A stretch of DNA of 64,000 nucleotides, taken from Epiperipatus broadwayi (Eukaryota; Animalia; Onychophora). Of the stretch, positions 43,556 through 54,595 are shown piece by piece (position 1 is the stretch's first letter; each line of letters begins with the position of its first letter). The notes below the pieces were generated by a model. The model did no database searches, was not told the DNA's origin, and saw nothing but the letters and a program-made list of their open reading frames with translations. The position numbers and the translations under genes are program-made. The stretch spans positions 13,330,001 to 13,394,000 of the forward strand of contig JAQFVV010000002.1 of assembly GCA_028023455.1 (NCBI GenBank). Reading direction: 5' to 3'.

Positions 43556-43624
43556 TATAATTTAGAAATTGTAAAATTTAGACTGATGGTATATTAATCG
43601 CTTACAATATTGCATTGAATAGAT

Positions 43625-43932
43625 CTTCACCATGATGCAATCGTCGCCACTAAGGATGAATCCAGGTAGCGTCGAGCGGTCGCCCTTTCTCATTTATTAC
43701 TACATTTTAAAAGCCCCCAAAGTCTTTCTAAATTTTGGGTATGGGCCCCAGTAGCAGGATCTATGTGACATTGACATGCCTTAATGTTGCACTTCCATTG
43801 TGCCCTTGCACTCACATAAAGCTTCATTTCATGGCCATTAATACACACTCTTTGAGAAGGCAGAACACTTTTACTTTGGAGGAACTCCACTGCTTCAAGT
43901 TCTGTCTTTGGTAGATCCCAAACTTTCATCAT
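43625..43932 (-). pseudogene. Merlin (IS1016/IS1595-like) transposase remnant with in-frame internal deletion
   Basis: N-terminal EAVEFLQSKSVLPSQRVCINGHEMKLY...WKCNIKAC is fused to the C-terminal HIDPATGAHTQNLERLWGLLK motif; past the TGA the frame continues ERATARRYLDS. Confidence 0.8.
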
Positions 43933-46900
43933 TTTGAGTTAAAAAAATGAATATTACGGAAAAGATTATACTTAAATTTCAGCTGCTACTGATATTTCAG
44001 CGCGGGATTTTGAAATGTTACCTCAAAGTTTGTGCATATTTAATGTTGTATTCTTCTGCATCAGAAAATAATCCATATTAATCCTGTCAAAAAATAAAAA
44101 TTATCCCAACAACTTGTATTTCTAGCAGTACAAAATAATTAACATGTCATAATAAAACTAAGCAGGTATTTCAAAAGTCTAGTTCAGTTACATTTTGATT
44201 AAATTTGTTGGCTTTGGAAATTATATTTTTCATGTAAAATGTCTATTACGTCATATTTCATTTTGAAAGTACAAACTGCGATTTAATATATTACGGTGCG
44301 ATTATATTTAATTGGTATATGCGTGTGGATTTAATTCAGTATTTTCCTAAGAATCTCTTATAGCATACATATATGATGAAATGTTTAGGATACTATTAAC
44401 CAGTTTCTAGCTTTTGCGAGAATGTTAAAATGATAATTTTAAAAATAAATTTTGTTTAGAGTCAGCACCATTTTTCATTTTATTTTGGGACTGGGATAAC
44501 TAATGGATTTATATGCTGCAAATAATCTTTTTCTATGGCACATCACACTTTGTATTTTCAAAATGAAATGTGATGTGATTTTCACATGAAAAACAATTTC
44601 TTGAACCAAAAAAACTGGAAAAATCCATGTGCCTACTATAAATGAAGGAAGACATGAATAATTATTTTTTGTGTATTGCTTTTTAATTATTAAATATTAT
44701 TAATGAATTTAGATATGCCATAATTTCAAAATCAGAGAAAAATTAATTGCTTTAAAGCTAAATAATTTGATGTTGAGAGTCTTTTCTTTTTTAAGTATTT
44801 AGTATATTTTTTGAAAATCTACGCTGACTTAATTTGTCAATTAAAACTATTTTGGGGGGAGGGGGGGATTTTACATTGGTAATTAGACATCTCACATTAA
44901 AAAATATAGATGCATTTGCAACTTTGTTTAAATAAAACATAATTAAATATGCATCTTATATATATTTACTATGCACAGAATATAGTACTAAAGTTTAAAG
45001 AAAATATTTTCTCTTTGTCAAAATGCTGAAAAATCATTTATATTATTTTGAATTGCATTGGGTGTTATATTTTGTGGAAGATACCGTACCTTCTTTAAAT
45101 AATTGTTTGCACCTATATTTTTTTAATGTAAGAGAGGGCTATTACGTCATTTCAATTTGCAAGCTTCTTATAAATAAAATGTTATGAAATATGCATCTTA
45201 TATATAATTAACAGTGTGCACATAATATGGTACTGAAATATATTTTAAAGAAAATATTTTCTCTTTGGCAAAATGCTGAACAATCATTTATTATTATTTT
45301 TAAATTGCATTGGGATATTATATATGTGTGTGCGTAACTTTCTTTAAATAACTCTGCTAGTGTTTGTAGATATCTTCTGTTAAATTATTTTTTTAATCTA
45401 CTGGGAATCACCTTTGATAAAAGTGTTAAGAAATTTACCAATAGAAAGCCAAATTTTGCAGGACATCATGATGATCAATTCATCATTATGCAAATGGCGC
45501 TGAACCGAATCTGGAACAAAAGTTGGTAATTTTTCCACTTTCTCTTTTAAACTTGCTATAATTATATTTAATTACTTACTATGTATTAATCTGTGTTATG
45601 AGTTATTATTATATCTGTTACTAAATAATGCACAAGCATATTTGCAAATAGTCTTATTTTTTAAATATTGATCAAGATTTAGTACATTTTAGAAAAGTTG
45701 CTTGGTGGTTGCCATATTTTGTTATAATTTTACACTGGTAATACAACAAATTCGTATTTGCATTATAATTATTTTTGATCAAATTCTTGATGCATAGTGT
45801 TTTTGGGTGTTGTTTTTTTTTAATTTGTATTTTAGAAGTATTTGTTTGATTTAATTTATCCATTTCAGTTATTTTTGGATAGAAATTCTTCATTGGGGGA
45901 GGGAGTAGGTTTTATGTTTGACTTATTTTTGATGATATGCCATAATTCCAAACCAGTCAATAATTAATTTGAGAAATAGATTCTCTCATGTAATATTCTT
46001 TTTAGTTTATATAACCATTGCTTTTAAATCTGATCATTTGCAAATATTGAAAGCTATACTTAATTTGTCAATTTCAGCTACTTGGGGGGGGGGGGTGAAT
46101 TTTACGTTAATAATTATTTTTTATGTATTGCTTTTTAATTATTTAAATATTATTGCTAAATTTAGATATGCCATAATTTGAAAGCCAGAGAACAATTAAT
46201 TGCTTTTCAAAATGATCGTAGATGCATATTTATATTGAAAGGTAAATAATTTGATGTTTTTGGATTTCCCGCTCTTTGTCCGCCATGTTTCTTGCTTTGT
46301 GGATTTTCACCGATTTCTTTTTTTTTAAATTTGAATTATTATAGGATTTGTATTTTCGATGGATTCCTTGCATTTGTATTGCCTTGGGCACTTTTACTTT
46401 TCAATTTCAACGAAAAATTTGATGAAATTACCTAGTTGTGGGGGGGACTGTGTTTTGCGTAATTAGATGGATTTCTGGTTTTTTTAATTTGAATTTTATA
46501 GGGTTTTCTTTGTTGTTTTTTTTTTTTTGTAATTTGTATTTTCGATGGATTCCTTGCATTTGTATTGCCTCAGACTTTTTTTTGGGCATTTTGGATAGAA
46601 ATTTATCACTTGCAAGCTTCAGGCCGGTTGTTGATGGTGGTGCAGCGCTGTCTACTGGCAGTAGTACGGTCCCTCCACAACTACCAATTAAATTATATGA
46701 ATTAATTATTTTCTAGAAAAACTAACTAAATTATAAAACATTTATTTCCTTTTTTTAAAAAATTAATCATTGTATTCCTTAATAAATTGTCATCTTGAAC
46801 TAACTGCTTAAATATATATATATATAGACACACAACATGTACATTCTTAACTGATTCCACCAATTAAAAACTAAATGTATATATATCTACTTATAAACAA

Positions 46901-47840
46901 TAACATAATTGTAGATCTACATATTTCTAAAATATAATATTAATTTAGTTAATATTTTTAAATTATATTTTTAATTTTCTATAATTATTAAGTTTTTTAA
47001 AAAGAATTTCCAAATAGAAGATAATTTGCATGTATCATCACAGTTGTTGATACATCAACATCATCTCTCCATGCTATAGATACAGGTTGTAGTATTGATT
47101 TTTCTAATACAAGATTATTATCCAGATATGACACTCTCCAACATCAGATCAGAGAAGCCATTAAGATCTTTAAAAGGCCAGATTGTATCAACAAAAGTAA
47201 TGATATATGCAAATTACCTTCTATTTGGAAATTTTTAAAAAAAAACATAAATCTAAATAATTTCTTATAATTATTATTTTTATTTTTTATTAATAAAATG
47301 TTCACTATTGTTATACATCAGTATTTACAGCGCCTATACTATTATTTTATATTTGTTACCCAGTTGTTGACCTGCATGACCTGGTCAAAATGTTGGTTTA
47401 TATATATATTTTTATATATATTTTTTCAATAAATTATTCATGGATGTATCCAGATAATCTTTCATTTATTTATATTATACCATGGTTAAAATTATTAAGA
47501 AGCAATTTTTAAATAACAGAGATATCCTGATGAATATGGTTGTCATCAAAAAATTTCTTTGTTCTATTTAATAATGTTTTTATTGTTGAAAATAATTGAA
47601 CAGGATGATAATGAGAAGAAAATGTTGATATCCCCCCATGTGTGTTTATACATGTGGTAAAGAACCATCTCCTTTTTTTTTTTTAATTAAAACATCTAAG
47701 AAAAGCAATTAGTTATTATTTTTATTTCCTTAATAAATTTAAGGTTAAAATAGGCAAAACTCTCCATACAGTACTGCCGCTCAGTGCAAGCCAGAGTATA
47801 ATTAATGGATGCCAGAAGACTAGTGCGTACTCATCCAATA

Positions 47841-47883
47841 TCCCCAGACTAGTTTCTAGCTTGTAGCTTTCATCAGTGAGGAG
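47841..47883 (-). ncRNA. Type I hammerhead ribozyme (copy C)
   Basis: CUCCUCA-CUGAUGA-AAGC UACAA GCUA-GAAA-CUAG-UC^UGGGGA. Confidence 0.8.
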
Positions 47884-48678
47884 CCTTGGATCTGAGATCA
47901 CTGCACCTAGATCTTAGGTTCCAAAGCAATCCTCCAGCAGGCACCGTTTATCTCTACTTAACTACAAAACTATGAGTCTAAAATTGAAAACATAATAATA
48001 TTTTCAATCCAAGCTCATTAGCTTATATAGTCATATAGGTCTGAATTCAGTTCAGTACTCATATATTTCTTTGGTTCTTTAATAACTATAGCCACTACTA
48101 TCCTATTAGGCAGGATTAGTATTAAACCACTAAACATCACATGATCACCATTTCTTGTTTGCTCAAGCTATTAAAACAGGCAAAACTTTTCATACAGTAG
48201 TGCCACTCACTGCAAGCCAGAGTAATCAATGGATGTCAAAAGGCTTGTGCATAAAATCCCTATCTAGTGCCTACTCATCCAATATCACTAGATAGTTTCT
48301 AGCTTGTGGTTTTCATTAGTGAGGAGCCTTGAATCTGAGAGCACTGCACTTAGATCTTGGGATCCAATGCAACCCTCCAGCAGCCACCTTTTATCTCTAC
48401 TTAACTACAAAACTATGAGTCTAAAATTGAAAACATAATATTTTCAATCCAAGCTTATGTAGTCATACAGGTCTGAACTCAGTTCAGTACCCAAAGACAC
48501 CACAAAATGTATGGGTACTGAACTGAGTTCAGACCTGTATGACTACATAAGCTTGGATTGAAAATATTATGTTTTCAATTTTAGACTCATAGTTTTGTAG
48601 TTAAGTAGAGATAAAAGGTGGCTGCTGGAGGGTTGCATTGGATCCTAAGATCTAGGTGCAGTGCTCTCAGATCCAAGA

Positions 48679-48721
48679 CTTCTCACTGATGAAAGCCACA
48701 AGCTAGAAACATGTCTGGGGA
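48679..48721 (+). ncRNA. Type I hammerhead ribozyme (copy E, CAUG helix III variant)
   Basis: CUUCUCA-CUGAUGA-AAGC CACAA GCUA-GAAA-CAUG-UC^UGGGGA. Confidence 0.8.
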
Positions 48722-49818
48722 TATTGGATAAGTAGGCACTAGATGGGGATCTCTAGGCACTAGATGGGGATTTTATGCACAAGCCTTCTGGCATCTATTG
48801 ATTACTCTGGTTTGCATTGAGTGGACGTTGTTGTAAAAACACTTTAAAGAATTAAAAAAAGTCATCAAATGTAATTTTATCATGAGACCAAATAATAAAA
48901 ATATTATATCTCAGTCATGCCAGATAAATTGGAGAGCTTATAGCTAAACCTGATGCTTACTAAAAACAAAAAATATATTTAATGAACAGTATCCACTCAA
49001 ATGTACAATAAAATCAGACAGTTAAATATTGTTCAGAACTATTGAAGTCTCATTTATAAGCATCCTAGTAAAAAGGGAAATAATATTCAAACTTATATTG
49101 GTTAATTTAATATCTCTAATTAGCTCAAACAAATGATTCACATCTATAACATAAGTTGATATTTGTGTTAAATGTGACAGCAAATATGAAGCTAGAAGAT
49201 AAGCTAGTGTCTGCATTGTTGAATCAATAATGCATTGAAATTTGATATGTAGATTTTTGGCAAACCATATAACTTCGAATAAACAGAAGTCCGTTCTCTT
49301 GATATAAGATAGATTTTAGTTTCTATATTCAGGTCACTAGCATAAATTAATATTTTAGTTTTCTTTTCAAGATATATCACTATAAATTTTTTGACATTTC
49401 TTACAATAAATTATTCATTTTTAAAAAAAGAATCTTCTCTCAATAAATTATGCATTTTAAAAAAATAATCTGTATTTAAAATAACTGCAGTATTACCATT
49501 ATCTACAGGAAGGATAATAGTAGATTTATCATTTTTCAATGTAAACAAACTAAATAATTATAAGCATATTGATCATTTTAATTATTTACTTACATATTCA
49601 ATTTTATACTGCTGTTTGTTTGTTCATTTTGGTAAGAGGATTGTTAAAGACTTACGTGATTGATGAAATGTATTGAAAGAAAGCCTTCTACTAATAACTT
49701 ATAAATTTAAGCAGACAAAACTCACTATACGTTTTGCCACTCACTGAAAGCTAGAGTAATCACTGGATGCCAGAAGGCTTGTGCATAAAATCCCCATCTA
49801 GTGCCTACTCATCCAATA

Positions 49819-49861
49819 TCCCCAGACTAATTTCTGGCTTGTGGCCTTCGTCAGTGAGGAG
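49819..49861 (-). ncRNA. Type I hammerhead ribozyme (copy F)
   Basis: CUCCUCA-CUGACGA-AGGC CACAA GCCA-GAAA-UUAG-UC^UGGGGA; N7=C is permitted; helix III becomes U-G. Confidence 0.7.
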
Positions 49862-50155
49862 CCTTGGATCTCAGAGCACTGCACCTAGATCTTAGGATCT
49901 AATGCAACCCTCCAGCAGCCATCTTTTATCTCTACTTCACTACAAAACTATGAGTCTTAAATTGAAAATGCCTTAATATTTTCAATCCAAGCTCATCAGC
50001 TTATATAGTCATTTAGGTCTGAACTCCAGTGCCCATACATTTTTGTGTCTTTGGTTCTTTAATAACCATAGCCACCAATATCCCTAGACTAGTTTCTGGC
50101 TTGTAGCTTTCACATTAGATCCTAAGATCTAGGTGCAGTGCTCTCAGATCCAAGG

Positions 50156-50198
50156 CTCCTCACTGATGAAAGCCACAAGCCAGAAACTAGTCTGGGGA
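50156..50198 (+). ncRNA. Type I hammerhead ribozyme (copy H)
   Basis: CUCCUCA-CUGAUGA-AAGC CACAA GCCA-GAAA-CUAG-UC^UGGGGA; helix II weakened by an A-C mismatch. Confidence 0.7.
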
Positions 50199-50515
50199 TT
50201 TTGGATGAGTAGGCACTAGATGGGGATTTTATGCACAAGCCTTCTGGAATCCATTGATTACTCTGACTTGCACTGAGTGGCAATACGTATAAAGAGTTTT
50301 GCCTGTTTTAATAAGGTGTATCTTTGTTGTACAATCTTTTATATAATATTATCTACATATTGTTTTGTGTGTGTGTGATTATTTCAATAGTCTCTTTCTT
50401 TTTAAAAAAATTAGAAATATATAAATTTCGCATACCTTTATGAGTGCTTACTTTAAATCATCTTTTAAGACAGCCATTCCCATATCTTAACACACTCAGA
50501 CAAATATGTGGTTGT

Positions 50516-51809
50516 ATTTATATATTGGACTATTTCCAATATCTAATATTAAGTATTCAATGTCTTTAGAAAAATGTAACTTAATTTAAATATTCCAATT
50601 ACATTCATCTGTTAATAATAGCACACAGGTTAGTATATGCACAATGTTTTGAGAGGTATTTCTCTCTTCTTCAGGTATTGCCAGCCTGAACAGTGACAGT
50701 CGTAGCATGGGAATCAATCTGGACCCTTAGATTTTTTAATATTGAATTTTAAGGTAACTCTCTAACCAACTGAGCCATCATTTCAAACACAACAGTGAGC
50801 AGAAATTTCATATACTTATCTATGAGGTTCCTCCTGATTTCTATTTTTTTCTTAAGAACAAAGTTGATTAGTGGTTTTCATACATTATGTATAGTCATAC
50901 TAGGTTGACATATGGTTATTCACCATTGTCATGAGAGCAGCTTTTTTGAATTTTCTTCTTTGTACCTTTTTCTCTTTATCCAATATTTTGTATTTTCCCA
51001 ATTGAACATATGTTCATTGGTACATACATGGTCTGCTACCTTAGATACATCTGTTTTCTCTCTTCTAATCATCATTTCGATTTCTTGCAATCGATTTTCA
51101 ATAAGGTGACTAATCTCACCAATATACATTCTTCCACATTCACATGGTATTTTATAGATGCAGTTTTTACTTTTCACCATTTCTAGTTTAGGCTATGTAG
51201 ATGTTAGAATTCCTCATTGTGTTGTATGGCTCTAGAAAGATTTTTCTTAATTTGTCTGGTATTTATGGATATGCTACAGTACCAATAATTGTTTTTTCTT
51301 TTGACAATTCTTTTTATTGTCTATTTAAGGTTTTTTTAATAACTGCTGATAGATAGCCATTTTTCATAAGAGTTTCTTCTGTATAGATTTTTTTTTTTTT
51401 CAAATTGCTGTTTTCTGAACAAATGTCTTTTGCTCTGTTCCATAATGATAATATAACTCCATGTTTTGAGTTTCTGGTATGATTAGATGTATCTGCTAAG
51501 TATATTCCTGTATATGTGGGTTTTCTGTAAACTGTAGTTTTAATTTTGCCATGAAAGAGTCTTGTCATAAGAACATCTAAGAATGCCAATTTTGGTTCTT
51601 GTTCTAATTCTATTGCGAATTTAATTGAAGGGGATATGTTGTTTATGTGTTTCCAAAAAGTTTGTAGTAGTGTTTTATCATGTGGCCTTTACAACAAATG
51701 TATCTTCAATATAGTAAAACTTCTAAAGACATATAATATTTAATATAGATGATGGAAGTAATCCAATATATAAATACAACTAAAATATCATTATCACAAA
51801 TCTACAGGA
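50516..51809 (-). mobile_element. 5'-truncated Penelope-like element (family A) with inverted pLTR
   Basis: Minus strand WPH...IKFAIELEQEPKLAFLDV...TVYRKPTYTG (RT C-terminus) and YKIPCECGRMYIGE (GIY-YIG), then the pLTR; inverted pLTR piece at ~51690-51809; flanked by AAATATGTGGTTGT (50502-50515 and 51810-51823). Confidence 0.9.
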
Positions 51810-52166
51810 AAATATGTGGTTGTTCTCTCTCTCTCTCATTTTTTTTTAGATTTATTATTAGATTATCTTTTTCATAATGATATTATTTTTATTTTTTGTT
51901 AATTATTTTGTTGATATCTGAATATGTACATTTTAATATTAAACTGTCTCACAAGTGTATGTGTATATGTATGTACATATATATTAAGATGGTTTACAGT
52001 TTTTCACACTTTTAGGTATCTACAAGATGACTGAATTAAATGGCAATAGGTATGAGTGAACTACTGTCTTATTATTTTTATAGTCATCATCTTCATTATT
52101 ATCATCATTATTATCTATATAGTAAAGCAGATGGAATGAAAAATATCACTACTTAGCATAGTTATA

Positions 52167-52349
52167 ATAATTAAATTTGTCATTAGTAAAGTAATATATA
52201 TTAAGGCTATAACCTTAAGACCATGCACTTGAAAAACGACAATAGGGACCCCTTGTCTTTTAAATAATTCTTGTGTTAAGATTTGTAGAGGTCCATACTG
52301 TCATTTTTCAGGTGAAGGTCTTAAGGTTATAGTCTTGATATATATTACT
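52167..52349. mobile_element. 183-bp hairpin insertion with 14-bp TSD
   Basis: Arms ~52188-52250 and 52290-52351 (about 85% identical); flanked by TTAGCATAGTTATA (52153-52166 and 52350-52363). Confidence 0.75.
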
Positions 52350-53607
52350 TTAGCATAGTTATATAATCTTAATTAATATTAAATATTAATTACTATTATT
52401 TTAGTTTATTTTTTAATGCATAGTGAGTATGAATTAAGCATATTAAATCCTGGCATACTAATTGAAAATTAAGCTCTTAATTTACTTTATAACAACAAAA
52501 TCCTTTAGAAAGTTCTGGTATTTATTTTATTGTCTTAGTACTTTGTATTTACCTTGTGTTTTTGATTATTAATAAATATTACTTATTAAAATTAAGAGTT
52601 TGAATGGTCTTTTTTATTGATTTCAAACAATTTAAATTTTGTCATCTCATATAGAAATATATCATTTAATCTTATTCTCATCCTTTTCTGCTCTCATTAC
52701 CATATTTTACTTATATAAAAGATATAATTGAAAGCCATTAATTTTATTTTACAAAATTTTTTCTATCAACTCTAATCATATGCTGTGAAATATTAACTCT
52801 AGGCATGTGTTTATGAGATATTATCACTTTTTAATTTGAAAAAGATAGTCTACGAAGATAATTTGAATAACATGCCTTTCTGATAATATTACTAACAATA
52901 TTCTATGGGATAATCTTTATAGTTATCAATTTTTAACTGACAAATCAGAATCAGTTTTCACAAATATAGGTGGTAATGTTATATACCTATTGCAGATGTC
53001 ACTTTAAAATTAATTTTTTTAAACTGGAATAAGGAAACTTAGATGTTTTTAACCCTGCAATAATTAAAAATACTGTGCAGTGTGTAATATTCTAGGAGTT
53101 GATGAATTAAACATCTCACATCATCATCCAACTGCCATAACAAATCAAAATGGATCCATTTCTGACTATAGCCTAAGTTATTTATTAGACTAGATAAATC
53201 TGGACAATGTTGTTTGATATTGAATTTCAAAAATCCATTGAAATGATTTGTTTTCATCTACTTTGGTAATTGGATATTGGCATAAGTGAGATTTTAATTA
53301 AATCTAATATAAACAGCACATGTATATATATATCATTTTCAGTCTGAATATAGTTTATGAAATTTTATGTAAAAGTTTATAAGTGAAACTTTTCATATAA
53401 ACTGAGATGTATATATTTTTAAAATGCTTTAGACAAAAAAGAGAGAATAATGGGAAAGACTGGCAAATATTTTAAAAATTATTTAGAAAAAAAATTACAA
53501 GAAATTGATTACATATAGTTTTAGTAATATTACTTTATTGGATTCCCAAGTTGTAATACTGTTACATATTTGTTTGATATTTAGATATATATTTTATTTA
53601 TTTCTAG

Positions 53608-53742
53608 GGTTTTGAAAATGGTATTGTTAAACTGAAAATGCAAGGTTCTTGTACAAGCTGTCCTAGTTCTGTAGTTACACTGAAAAATGGAGTACAAAAT
53701 ATGTTACAATTTTACATACCTGAAGTTAAAAGTGTGGAGCAA
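53608..53742 (+). CDS. NFU1: NFU1 exon 7 (CxxC cluster-binding motif)
   Basis: [45 protein letters not shown]; CTAG/GTAAAT boundaries; the terminal exon was not located in the window. Confidence 0.97.
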
Positions 53743-54005
53743 GTAAATATTTTTTCACATCTTATTATGATATATAATGCTTTTGAAATTCATCATTATT
53801 TTTTTTAAAAAAAATGCTTTCTTCCAAACATTTAAATACATATTTTAAGTTATCTATTTAAAGAAAAGTAGAGTAACTGCAATGACAACTGTTAAAGCTT
53901 AACATACTTTTAACTAATGAACTAGTCCAGATTTCATCTTATCTTGATCTAATTGAGCATTCACCATTACAGGCCAATGAATATATAAATAGTTAACTGT
54001 ATAAA

Positions 54006-54586
54006 TGTTCGGACATTTAACACAGAAAAGATAGATATATATTTTATAAATTTTAACTTTTATTCAGCTTTGCATGTTTTCGATATATTATATATCATCA
54101 TAACTATATCCAAAAGCAGAAACAGGCCAGTAGGTGATGATTTTTAGTAAATCTGATTGCTCTCATTATGGAAGAGTATCTGGCTATTAATAGTCAGTCC
54201 ATTTGGAAGTAAGGTCTGACAACAACAATTAACTGTTATAGCTGAATGGCAGTATGCATGTTATCCACTATGACTAAAGCAGTGCGGCAAGTTCACACTA
54301 GAACTGGAAACTGCTAGATATAAATCGGACATGACACAAGCTGTCACAGCACAGCTGGAAATGTTTACTTTACCTACACGAGGCAAACTCTACAGCTGGA
54401 AGTGTTGGGTTAACCTAGAAATGCACCAGAGTTCCTTCCTTCAATAGTTGCATGGCAACTAGACATTATACATCGCAACAGTGTTGAGTAAAAATATAAT
54501 TGTTTTATATATTGTAGATACATATTTGTATATTTGTTTTAATTAGTAAATATTTAGTTCCAATATAATTTTGTATCTTTTCTTAC
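54006..54586. mobile_element. Possible solo-LTR-like repeat
   Basis: GC-richer island ending TTCTTACA, like 260-850; start uncertain, no TSD. Confidence 0.25.
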
Positions 54587-54595
54587 AAAATTGTA

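Larger units (their letters stand above)
42087..46685 (-). mobile_element. Merlin DNA transposon, internally deleted, with very long TIRs
   Basis: Terminal (G/A)GTAGTTGTGGAGGGACCGTACTACTGCCAGTAGAC is inverted at both ends; inverted homology continues for about 0.6-0.8 kb; central transposase remnant; TSD only degenerate (6/9). Confidence 0.85.
47752..48824. mobile_element. Fold-back insertion of hammerhead-ribozyme tandem repeat, locus 2
   Basis: About 1.75 tandem units (AGGCAAAACT at 47752 and 48178), then an inverted arm at 48494-48824; contains hammerhead copies C, D (degenerate) and E. Confidence 0.9.
49712..50312. mobile_element. Fold-back insertion of hammerhead-ribozyme repeat, locus 3
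   Basis: Forward arm 49712-50112 (copy F plus partial copy G) and inverted arm 50113-50312 (copy H); both outer ends fall at the CAG(G/A)CAAAACT position. Confidence 0.88.
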
